Assembly (NCBI RefSeq): GCF_009914755.1
Contig: NC_060930.1
DNA: 64,000 bases
Reading direction: 5' to 3' (one strand)
Source: the human T2T-CHM13v2.0 reference genome, Homo sapiens
Below, piece after piece: positions 15,561 to 29,268 of this stretch (positions are counted from its first letter, which is position 1; each line of letters opens with the position of its first letter). The position numbers and the translations under genes were made by a program. Below the pieces are notes generated by a model that saw nothing but the letters and a program-made list of their open reading frames with translations, did no database searches and had not been told where the DNA came from.

Positions 15561-17642
15561 GAAATCCTGGGGAGTGTACCAGAAATAGGTATAAAGACAT
15601 AAAGTTCATAGCAATATAGAAGTAGAAACCGACTATCATTGATTTTATTGTCAAGAGGTGTTCTTCCTTTTTCTCTTATAAAAATCCACATGGATTTCAG
15701 TATATTTCATCTCTGACTACTCCATAGAATAACAGTTAACTCCACAAATAATATATTTTGAGACAATAATAACCAAGAAGAACAAAATCAACAGAACACG
15801 CTATACCATAATATTTTTGATGGGTTCTTCTTACAGCTGATTTTACCCCTTCTAGTCCAAATTTTTGCTTGATAAAGGTCCTGCTGGATAAAGATTCTGA
15901 TAAGCTACAAAATGCCCAAATGTTGGACAGTAGAAGGGAGGGAAAGAGGGAAAACACTTTGCAGAATGGTTCATTTGCTTCATGGAGTTGAATATCATCG
16001 AGTCCTAGGGAAAGCCTGCTGTTTTTGGAAAGTGGACAAAAAGAGGGATTGCATAGAGCTTGGAATTTAAGAGAGAAACTGTGGAACAAAGATGTAACGA
16101 CATTCATTAATTTAGATCTAGATTGAGAATTTTTATATTAGGAAAAAAATGCCAATAAAAACAATTTGCCGCCTCATCTCAAATCCAGCATTATGTGCTT
16201 AGAAATTACTGCCTCTGATCATTAGCCGGCAGGCGGGCCTTCCCCAGAGGTCTGTCTTGTGGCAGGGAAATCAAACAGCCATGCTGGCAGCAGTTTTATC
16301 CTTTTCTGGAAGGAGATTCGCACTCTCGGCTTTGTGTGTAGTTATCTGACTATCTCTTCTAATGCTGGAGTGTTAGCATGTGCTTAGTAATTTTTAAGCT
16401 CCTGGGACCAGACTGGAATTGATTTCATCTGCAATTTGTCTAGTGACAAGCACAATGCTGAAGAAAAATAAATATTCACTATAATTTTTATTAGTTCATG
16501 ACCCATCATAAATCAAAGCTGTGAAAAGAGTTTAAGTAGCTTTTCCCAATCCCTGGGATTCATAGCTCTCTCAGTTATCACTTGAACAAAGGTGATAGCT
16601 GGACACCAGTGATACCCTGGGATGGTGAGCTTAAGGGAATTTAGCTTTTCCCTTCCTGCAAGCTTTAAAATGTGATGTCGTTAGGAGACTAGGGAGGGTA
16701 GACTTTTCAGTTTAAATCTCCCCTTTTCCCTTTGGTAGGACTCCGAATTTTAGATTTCATGGATGAATAAGTAACCTTAGTGAGTGATTTGAGACTAGAG
16801 TACATAAAAATGTGTCAATAGTTCAGGATGACTGATAGCTCCCTTGTAACCAAAGCCACCTGCAATTTTTTATAGTCATGCAGCATAAGCCATCTTGAAC
16901 AGATAATCAATTCTATTGCACAAACAGTCACTTCTGTTCACCAAGGAGGCCCACTTTTTCTCTCTTCAAGCAGGGCTATGAAAAAAATAACCTATATAAT
17001 CCAAATGATCAAAACTTCTGAAATACTGGGGCACTTGTAAAGCTAGGCTTCTCTTCCACCTCTCCATACCTTGCCCCTCTCTTTCTTTTTTAGTGAAAGA
17101 ACAGTGGACTCACTTATGCAGCTGTAACAAAGATCAGAGAGACCTGTACTGCCATGTGCCCATGCACACATGCAACTACACACACACACCCTTTTAGAAG
17201 AGCGTATTTCAGTCCAAGTATCGTTTCTTGCCCAGCCTTTGTCAGAATTTTGATCTCTGGAGGATTAGGAGAATATTTATTTATTTATTTTCCTTACATA
17301 AAATATCAAGTGGCATTGCGGCAGCAGCATTACCACAGCAGAAATTCATTCTTCTTCAGCTACTTCCTGCATCTCATTGAGTTAAAAAGAGTGAGGATGT
17401 GATTTTGAAATCTGAATTTGTAAAGGGTGTGAGGTCTTCACTGAAAATATGATTGTGAATTAAAGGCTTTTGATTAAAGTAGACTTACAGATAAACACTT
17501 CATCTATTTTTCCTCATTCATTAAAATACCATTATACTGTATAGTCTGGTGCTGGATTTTATATTCATTTTTTCAATAGGGTGAACACAGTATCATCATA
17601 GTTGCCATTAGATTATTCAATGGTATTTATATGCAAACTAGG

Positions 17643-17770
17643 TCATTCATTCATTTTACAAATATAGTTTGAGCTTTGAACAGGTAACAGGCACTGATTT
17701 TTAGGTGCTGGAACTGGGGCTACAGTATTAAGCCAGACAATTAAGTCCCTACTTTAGGAGCTGACATTTG
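17643..17770 (-). mobile_element. L2 3' end
   Basis: tcattcattcatt...caggcactg...ggagctgacatt. Confidence 0.65.
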
Positions 17771-18797
17771 AAGATGTAGGTTAACAGTTAGGGTCTAATG
17801 ATTAAAGATCTAAAATTCTCTTAGTAGTAGCTGGGTCTCTAACAAATAATGATTATGGAGGAACCACTAAACCTCAGAATTTAGTAAAGACAAAAACATT
17901 GGTAGTAAATGATTCTGGCTTGTTAGTTATAAAATATTATTTTCAGATCTAGATTTTGGCCTAAATCGTGATTATTGTTGCTTAAACTTGGGCACTTTTG
18001 CACTAGAGATCAATGTCAAATCCAATGAGTCATAACCTTTCTGGTGTCTGAAAGAAAGCTTGGAAGCCATATAGAGCTCACGTGTTTTAGAGTAAAGTCA
18101 ATTTGGGGATATGTTTGATTTTCATGTCATCTGTCCCCTAAAAGGACCCTTAAAGGTTGGCCCAATGACTGGGCCAACCACTACCCCCTTCTCAGTTTGA
18201 GTCACTGTTTTCGGGTATCATGGTGGCCTAAATAGCAGTTCTTAAAGTTTGGTTCATAAACCCCTGGGGTTCCTTTTCAGTGGATCTGCAGTGTTGATGT
18301 ATTTTCGTAACAATACTAAGTTGTTATTTGTTTTTTCCATTCTTTTTCTTTCACAAGTATACAGTGAAGTTTTCCACTGTATATTCAGAACCCCTGTATA
18401 ACTCAGCAAGTCGCTATTTCCTAAACAACCGATGATCGATGTTACAAAATGATATATTGGTAAAAGATCCATTCAAAATGCTAGATAAATTAATGGGTTT
18501 TAATATATCAGAGTATGTAAAGTTCACTGATAGGTGTTCCGATTCCTATACAAACTTCCAGTTGTTGAGTTTGGGTGTAGTATCAAAGAAAGAATATCCA
18601 CAATTATCTGAAAGGCTATTTCATCAATCCTGCATTTGCCAACTAGGCATTTGTGTGGGAATGGGTTTTCTACACACGTCAACCAAACATGATGCCACAA
18701 CAGATTGGATGCAACTATCTTCAGTTATGCTGGGCATTAAAAAAACGCAAAGTAAAACAGTACCACTCTTCTCACTAAATGTTTTAGGAAAATCTAA

Positions 18798-19175
<378 letters not shown>

Positions 19176-19275
19176 TAAACATTTATCAGTTTTAATTTGT
19201 ATCATGATAAATGTTATAAATTATATCATGAGATATGATGTACATGAACTAAAGCACTTTGAAGTCCTCAACAAC

Positions 19276-19409
19276 TTATTTATTTATTTTTTTTTGAGAT
19301 GGGGTCCTGCTATGTTGCCCTGGCTGATCTCAGACTACTAGGCTCAAGCGATCCTCTCGTCTCAGCCTCCTGTAGCTGGGACTACAGGCATGCGCCACTG
19401 TGCCCTGCC
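19276..19409 (-). mobile_element. FLAM free Alu monomer inside Charlie1
   Basis: single 130-bp monomer with T tail. Confidence 0.8.
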
Positions 19410-19599
19410 TCAGAATTTTTTAAGATTCATAAGGTTATCCTGAGATTAACCAATTTAAGAACCGCCGGTCTAAAGCAATGTGTTAGTAAATCCATCTTCC
19501 AGGAAGCTGAAGCGTAGAGAAATTTGCGCTAGTTACATTCCCTGGGGTCTAGGATCTGCTCCCAGTTCTCATTTTGAAGCAGAGTTTCAGGAAGTATAA

Positions 19600-20140
19600 G
19601 TCAGGTCTCCTTAATGGCTCGGGGCTTCCTGTTCTGTGTGCAGTGACAGAGGATAAAGACAAAAAGGCTGTAGTCCATAAAGTCCATTTTTAATTTCCAA
19701 TCTTATATGCCCCAAAGTCATGAAATCCTCTAGGATAATTTCTGAGTTTCAAACCACAGCTACTGAAGATGGAGCATTTTACAAGGGCTGCATGACATTT
19801 ATTCTTCTTGGAAGTGCAGCTTGCAGCTCCGCATGCTAAAAGGAAATCAAAACTGCTTATCTGAAACATCTTTTATCATCCATTTGGAAACGAAGAATTC
19901 AGCCTGCTCTGCTTCCACCCCTGTAGGAAGCTACACCAAGCTGACTTCTCAGTCTGGACTTGTTCTCAAGGTCACCTATGTAATTTTTTTTCAAAGCTTC
20001 AGTGTCCTTAGTATTCTCAGAGATAATAGCACCAAACCCATCAGTCATTTCCTTGTCCTCAATTTTCTTTTTGGCTTCCTGCAATTTTAATCCCAAGTCC
20101 TTGCAATTCCTTTCTGTAGAGGCTTAAGTGGCCCCATTTA
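19600..20140 (-). mobile_element. fossil LINE ORF1 (L1-clade, Transposase_22-like), frameshifted
   Basis: KLQEAKKKIEDKE...DLENKSR then LPTGVEAEQAEFFVSKWM, KMLHLQ, FMDYS, QNRK..AIKE in expected order across frames. Confidence 0.6.
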
Positions 20141-20698
20141 TGACCAATTTACAGCTAATATTTGATTCATTCTTTTAAAATAAGCCAAACAGTCCTCTGC
20201 TCTACAGGCCTTGTAGCTTTGGACTTAATAAAATCAAAGGCCTGATAGTGGGGTAAACTGATATGCTTTTTATGATTTTCGAAGAAAAATTAAGAGATCC
20301 TTAGAAATTGGAAGGAGGTAGATATTTGTTAATTTCAGAATCTAGTGCTGTTGTTAATAAAGGGAAAGAAATAGCTCTTTCTTCTGTATTGCACATTGAA
20401 CCAATTTTTATAAAGCGGGGAGAGGGAGGGGTGAGGAGGATAGATGAGTAAAGAAATCAGAAATTTTTCTGGGGCCTGCTTACTTGTAACCTCCTTTGGA
20501 TGCCTTATCTCTGGCCCCTTCTGTAAGCTGATCCAGCTCATGTCAGCATGACACATGAACCATGCAAAGCTTCTTTTTAAAGAGATTTTAATTCCTGCTT
20601 GACAGGCTAGGCTGAAGCCCATGAGTGACAATAGATTTTTTTTTCTCTTAAAACAGAGTGAAAGCCACAGTGCACCTGGTATTTCATTGAACACCAGG

Positions 20699-20718
20699 TT
20701 GTGTGTGTGTGTGTGTGT
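20699..20718. repeat. (TG)n
   Basis: about 10 units. Confidence 0.9.
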
Positions 20719-21184
20719 ATAATATTTCTGGGAAGGAAAAAAACAGTTTAAAAACCTAAGTAATAAAATGTTCAGTTTGCCAGGAGTTATGCTTTAAGAA
20801 AAGATATCCACCGTTTTTGGCCTGCCTGAAGACTGTTTATGCCCTTAAATCTGTTTTAAATCTTTTAAGAGTTTTATCACTTTCCCCCTTCTTGTAAAAG
20901 TAGCTCATTGCTTTATTTTTTTATTCTAGTCTGAAATTGCATCTTTAATTATCTCCTGTGTGGTAAAGTATCAAACTCTCACATTTCATGTGATGAATTT
21001 CATCTCTTATACCCAAGATGTTTGGGGGAACTGACTATATCCAATATCTTGGGGGAGAATAGCTAGAAACTGGGACCATCCTTAAGCATTGTATGAGGCC
21101 CAATGCAGAAAGACAAGGAAGTACTTTAGGAGTTGCCTAAATGTTCTCTTGCAAATATAAAATGAGCTTTATTTTATTTATGAC

Positions 21185-21555
21185 TGCCTGAGTGAGTTCG
21201 GACAGCTATAACAAAGTACCCTAGAGTGTGTTGCTTATAAACAAGAGAAATTTATTTCTGATTGTTTTGGAAGCTGAAAGTCTGAGATCAGGGTGCCAGC
21301 ATGGTTGCATTCTGATGAGTGCCCTCTTCGTGGCTGCAGATTGTCAACTTCTTGTATCCTCACATGGCAGAAAGTGAGTGAGAGCTTTCTGGGTCTCTTT
21401 TATAAGGGCACTAATTCCATTCATGAGGACTCCACCCTCATGCCCTGATCACTTCCCAAAGGCCCCACCTCCTAATACCATCACACCAGGGGATAGGATT
21501 TCAACATAGGAATTTTGGGGGCCAGAGCATTCCATCCATACTAATGACCATAGCA
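21185..21555 (-). mobile_element. MLT1A-type MaLR solo LTR
   Basis: gctataacaaagtacc...ttataagggcactaat...ggccccacctcctaataccatcac...ccatagca. Confidence 0.88.
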
Positions 21556-21704
21556 CATTTGAAATAGCTCTCACTTTCCACTGGTATTGCGCATTGCGAA
21601 CTACTCAAAGGACTGAAGGTGATAGGGATGACTCCGATAATGGAGGTAGTGATGGTGGTAGCATGATGAAGGTGGTGGTAATAGGGGCGTCTTCCTTTAT
21701 CAAA

Positions 21705-21900
21705 TGGGGCACTGGACTTTGTGTGAATCACTTCCCATACTTTTTTCTCATTTAATTTGCACACCAGCTCTGAGAACTTAGGTGTCATTGTCTCCATTTT
21801 ACAGATGAGAGATAGAGGCTTAGAGAAGTTCAGTGACCTACTCCCTCCCAAAGCCATCCAGCCCAGTAATGGTGGAGCAGGATTAGAATTTATACTGATG
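21705..21900 (-). mobile_element. MIR
   Basis: ctccattttacagatgagagatagaggcttagagaag. Confidence 0.75.
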
Positions 21901-22505
21901 ACAAAGCCCAGCCTCATAACCCCCACTCCAGAGGTGCTTGTCTTCCTCAGGTATAGGCAGGGTAGGGATTTAATTCCTCTTTCAGGGAAAACTAAGACCC
22001 CAAAAGCTTGAATGATGCTTAGTGATACGCTTAATGTGAATGAACTTGGAGCCAGAGTGGAAAGCATCTTACCATGCTGGTTCAACCAGCTTCTGAACAG
22101 AAGCTGTCTATGTACGTCAAAGGGAAAGGAGCCACTTGTAATTGTATAGCACACCTCAGGAGTAGTGTTTTCACAAGTACTGTCTTGATCTTCCCAGTGC
22201 TTATGAGGTAGGTAGGTCTTATTGTGTCCATTTTGCATTTCTTCTTACCTATACTCTGTTGATGGATGCTAATTATGATGACTTGGAGAAATTACAGAAT
22301 ACTAAAGTAAGGAACAGTTTCTGGTTATATGAACTATTTTTATAGTTAAGCATTTGAGTGTTTTTATTAATGTTCTCATGGAAGATACTGTTTCTTCTAG
22401 TGATTTGAAGTAAGCTTGCTACATTCATGTTTAGACATTTTTCTTATGGGTGCTTGTGACATTACGTACTTCTCAGTGGTCATATTTTAAAATTGTATGT
22501 TATAA

Positions 22506-22985
<480 letters not shown>

Positions 22986-23334
22986 GGTGTTCAGTAAGGA
23001 TTCACTAGAATGTCTTTGATCTGTTTTGAAAGAGCCACACATGGTTCTTAAAGCTTTTGTTACCCAATAATATATACATCAAAAAATTTTTGTAGTAAAG
23101 ATGTGAACAATTGTGTGTCCTATACACATTGAAAGATGACAAGCCATTGGAAGACTGCTTTAAACTCTGGTATCTGCTATGGCCAGGGAGTGAGCTGTTG
23201 TGTTGATAATTTAGCCTGATTATATTTTGTTCATAAATAGATTACCAATTCTTAAAAAGTTGGTATTGCCGGCCCTCCTTCCTTCCTTCTTCCTTTCTAC
23301 CTTCCGTTTGTCAAAAAGCCATTAGGCAGGTCTC

Positions 23335-23587
23335 AGCAAGGAGACCTATCAGGGCAAATAAGTAAATATACTGAAGATAATGGGAGCCAGACTTCTTACT
23401 GTTGGAGAATAGTTACAGATATAAAAAAGGGGAGAGCCAGAATGAACCCTGTATTGTGGATAGGAATTTAAGGTTTCATTGTGAACGTGTGGATTTTGAT
23501 ATGTAGAAATTTCATAGATATAGAAATTTCAGTGTAGAAATAATATAAACGTTAAAGTGTATGCATGTCTATGAATAAATGCACATA

Positions 23588-23630
<43 letters not shown>

Positions 23631-24715
23631 CACACACACCCATTTCCTAACTCTGTTCACTGAAAGGGCCAGGATGTAGTGACAGCCCAGTAAATATGAG
23701 CACACCTGCTACCCAGATTGTAGTTTCTAAATACCAGTTTTTGCTTAAAGCAACTATGGGTCTTTGAAAAAAATGTCTGGTTCTAGAGCTGGGAAAGAAA
23801 AGGTACAAGATGAGCCCTGAATGTCTTGTGACAGAAGATATAGAAACTCTGAAAGAATAATGGGAGATGCCACAAGGACACAGCAGTCAGCTTCAAGGGA
23901 TTCTCACTAAACCCATGTGAAACCTGGAACAATTTGAGCACCAGAATGACAATGATAGTTACAGATTACATCCCACTAAACAAGAAATACATGAATCTAC
24001 ACTTGCATAAATAAATAAATGCATAAAAATGTGGGGAGAGGAGAAAGTTCTTCCTTAAAATAGAACGCTGTGTGATATACAGAAGGAATTCTGGAATTGG
24101 AGAGATTACCATTTGGCAGTCATCATAGTAATAATTAATCCAGGTAAGAAACATCAACGGATGCTAACAATAATGAATACAAGTTGGATGAGGATCAGAA
24201 TCTTTATATAATCATAAAGTATCTGTCCACAAATCCTTGTGCATTTTAAGGGGAAACACAGGAGCTTTACTGGAGAAACTTGGAAGACACAACCTTACTC
24301 AAGTGATCAAAGTTCTCATCAGCAGTGATGGGACACACAGTGTTCTATGTCACTTGATGGGATGCAATGAGAAGAACACAGCATCTCTTCCAAACAATGC
24401 AATCTTCAGATCTTTTCATGAGAAAATATCTCTAATCCTAGTTCAGGGGCGTTTTACAAAATAATTCACCTGCTGCCTTCCATAATATAAAGGTTGTGAA
24501 GGTCAAGGATACTATTCCAGATCAAAGGAGATGGAAGAGCGATGACAACTAAATAGAAAGTGTGATCCTGAAATGGATCCTTTGACTAGAAAGAGCATTA
24601 CTGGGAAAGTTGGCCTAACTCGAATTGGGGTCTCCCGGTGAAGGATACATGAGAGTTCTTTGAACAGCTTGTGCAACATTTCTGTAAGCTTGAAATTCTT
24701 TTGACACAAAAAGTA
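23335..24715 (+). mobile_element. L1MC-type 3' UTR fragment containing a (CA)n at 23582-23640
   Basis: gggagccagacttcttactgttggag...agaatgaaccctgt; ends tctgtaagcttgaaatt. Confidence 0.75.
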
Positions 24716-25034
24716 AGACATAATTTGTACAGGAAGGCTTAGCTTTTAGTTTTAATTTTACAAAGTTAAAAGGAATAGTTTCTGAATTCTTTTTTATTTT
24801 GGATTTTTGTAAGAATCCTATGGGGTATAATTATTAAATTAGACTTTTAGTTCTGGATTTCTGTGGTGGTTGTGCAGAGAAGAATATTGTTTTATGAGAT
24901 AGGGACTTTTCTGGATGTGTGATATCATTTGTGTAATTACGGAAATTCATTCAGATTTGACTGGGAAAGCAGTTGGAAACTTGGAGTGTCTTAAGGCCAT
25001 TGTTAGATATTTATGAGGCATTTTAGATTAATGG

Positions 25035-25265
25035 GATTATGAGTTGGTGTTCTGGAGTCATGCTTCCTGAGCTCAAATCCTGCCTCCACCACTTACCAGT
25101 GTGTGGCTTTGAGCAAGTGAACTAACCTCTCTGTTTCTTACATCATCTATAAAATGTAGGTAACCATAGCACCTATCTCATGTGGCTATTGTGCAGACCA
25201 TCTGATTAATACCGGTAGAGTGCTGAGAAGAGTACTGGCTTAGAGTAAATGCTATGTTGTTATTA
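25035..25265 (+). mobile_element. MIR
   Basis: tctggagtca...ctcaaatcctgcctccaccacttacc...tgagcaagtgaactaacctctctg. Confidence 0.8.
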
Positions 25266-25333
25266 TTATCATCATTATATATTATTGCTGCTGCTGCTGT
25301 TACTGTTACAATATGGATATAATTTGTGTAGCA

Positions 25334-25930
<597 letters not shown>

Positions 25931-27248
25931 CTAAGAGAAATTTCCTATGGCAATTTGTTGGAAGTTTGATTCTTTCTCACGCTCTGATGATAGAAAGGCC
26001 GTAATGCCATTGATTTTGGATACTAACACTGTGTACTGATCCTTTAAGATGCTTTCTTATTTGCAAAGCCAGCTTCCACGCCCAAGCACACCTTAGAGTT
26101 TCTTTACCCTTTATACAGGCAAAGGCACACATTTTAAATGTTCAAGAAGAACAGCAGAAACAAGACAGGATCAAAGCAAAATACAAAGAAAACAAGATTG
26201 GAGAATCAGAGAATCAAGATCCAAGGAAAAATGTTTACTTTGGCAGAAATACCTAGAAAATATAGTGACTGCAGGCCTTGTTTCAAGTTCACATATTGAA
26301 TCTCAACATGTTTACTTATTTGCAAGTGTAAGTAAATGTATGCAGCACACTGAGTTAGCAAACATGGGATATCCCTGAAGGAGGGAGATGTACAGCTCAT
26401 CAGTGTTGTCCACAGTGCACCCAGCATCCTACCACTTGCTCCGGGCTCTCCAGCCTGTTCCTTTTCCTGAAAGGGCTTCCAGTCAAGCTCATGCTATATT
26501 ATTATATATAAGACCTAGGGAATATTGAGCATTATGCATTTTTATTTCTTTATGCTTTGCTTTGTTTCTAAAAGGGTTCAAATGAACAAATCGAATTGTC
26601 TGTTATCCTAAGAAATGCTAAATTGTCCAGAATAGACCTGCATTAACAAAGTGTAAAGTGAAACAAGAGACCAGTTGGCAGAGAGAGAAAAGAGAGAGAT
26701 TTCGACTAAAGCCTAGAAGAATAGGTAATGAATGACTACTCAGAAAGAAGGAAACAGATTGGTGATGGAGGAGGTCAGGGGTTTCACAGTGTATGCTTCT
26801 TTTTTACAACTAAAAGCACGTTTCTGGTCATCTAGCCCAAAAGCCTAAGTTTTTAGGCACAGGAGAGTTTCAGATATGTCGTGAACACATAGCCCATTGC
26901 TTGGTCCTCTGTCTCAAATACCCAGGTTGTCTACCCTTGATTCAGTCTCTTGTCACTATCTCACCCTGACTATAGTATTTTGAATTTTAGATGACATTTA
27001 CATATTTTTGAGAAGCACTAGCAATCAAATGGGAATAAACCATATAGGATTCCTCATACCATCTAAGTTTTAAAACTTTTTCCTAGAGTATATGGACCTA
27101 TGTCAAGACAGTGTGTTAAGGTTGTTCTGTGATTAAGAACTCAGAACCTAGAGCCAGAATCCTTGGGTATAAATTGTGACTGTCATTTACTAGCTGTGTT
27201 CCATTTTCTTCATCCGCAAAATGACATCAATGATAAGAAACAAATATG

Positions 27249-27560
<312 letters not shown>

Positions 27561-27739
27561 TTACATACAGCAACATAGGAAGCTTTCAAAAAATGTTAAC
27601 TAGTATGTATTTGCCTAATGAGTAGAAATAAAAAACTTCAGTACTATTTGGAGACTTGGTATGTTTACATGATTCAGTAATAACTACACAGCACCTTTCC
27701 TTCATACAAAGTTCTAATAAATTATTGCTTTTTCTGTAG

Positions 27740-27857
27740 GTAAAATCTACTGGTGGAGTCACTCCATTATTCTTATCTGTGGAGATCTAGATCTTGATTT
27801 GAAAGTTTCTGAGAAAATCTTCAGCTCAGACTTGAGGGTCAACTTTACCAGCTGAAG
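27740..27857 (+). other. candidate non-coding (5'UTR-type) exon, 118 nt
   Basis: branch-like ctaat 27714-27718, tgctttttctgtag acceptor, AAG|gtaaaa donor; unique sequence, no ATG, stops in all three frames. Confidence 0.6.
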
Positions 27858-27985
27858 GTAAAAGCTAATTTTATTCATTTAAGTGTGAATTGCTCATTAC
27901 TGAAGCATAGAAAATAAAGATCATTAACATGTCTTAACTAGAACATATCAAATAGAATCCTGGTTTCTTGATGTTGAAAAAATTA

Positions 27986-28331
<346 letters not shown>

Positions 28332-28420
28332 CCCAGAAAAATAAGATACAATGAATAAGGAGAAAAGCTCGTTTCCTCTTGTGGTTATGGAAAGCTTTAT
28401 AATAAGCATCTTCAAATCCA

Positions 28421-28711
28421 TTTTTATTTTATTTTATTTTTGGAGACAGGGTCTCACTCTGATACTCAGGCTGCAGTGCAAGTGGCATGATCCTAGCTCA
28501 CCACGGCCTTAAACTCCTAGGCTCAAGTGACCCTCTCACCTCAGCCTCTCAAAGAGCTGGGATGGCAGGAACATGCCACCACATCGAGCTAAGTTTTTTC
28601 ATTTTTTAAAATAGAGACAGGGTTCTCAGCATGTTGCCTAGGCTGGTCTCAAACTCCTGCCTCAGCCTCCCAAATTGCTGGGATTACAGGTGTGAACCAC
28701 CGCACCTGGCC
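28421..28711 (-). mobile_element. AluJ
   Basis: TSD tca(a/t)atccattttt. Confidence 0.9.
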
Positions 28712-29268
28712 TCATATCCATTTTTTATATCTACAGTACCCAGTTGTTGAAATAATCTTAACATCTAAGGAAAACAAATAAACTAAGAAACAGTCTACTG
28801 CAGGACTGGAGCAGTTGGGGAACGGAATAGGAGAGTACCAAAAAAGATGCAAATGTTCCTATAAAAACCAGGAGGCAGTAAGCCTGCTGCCTGGAGCCAG
28901 GAGACTGGACAGTGGAGAAAATCTCTTCTCAGATGCTCCTATTCATTTGATGGCTAAGTAAATTATTTTGTAGTGTTAAACATGGACGTTGTTGTTGTTT
29001 TTAAATGGTGGGAACCTTCCAATAACTGGCTTATTTTCTCATCGGTCTGTGTCTCCTATTCTTCAGAGGTTGTTCTTAACGTCCTCCATTCACCTCAAAT
29101 TTCCTACCCCTCCAGGTTGCCAGTTACTGCCAGTCAGAAAAGAAGCTTTAGATGTCAACTCCCTCAAATTTTGCCTCCAGGCCTGCACAATTAACCTGTA
29201 CTCACATTCAGTGCTTTGTCACTAGTGAAGGGCAAACCACATCCCAGTCCCACTTTGTTCCTTATTCT

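Noticed and set aside
21501-22238. 245-aa minus-strand ORF
   Set aside because: Runs through MIR and MLT1 sequence with no recognisable domain
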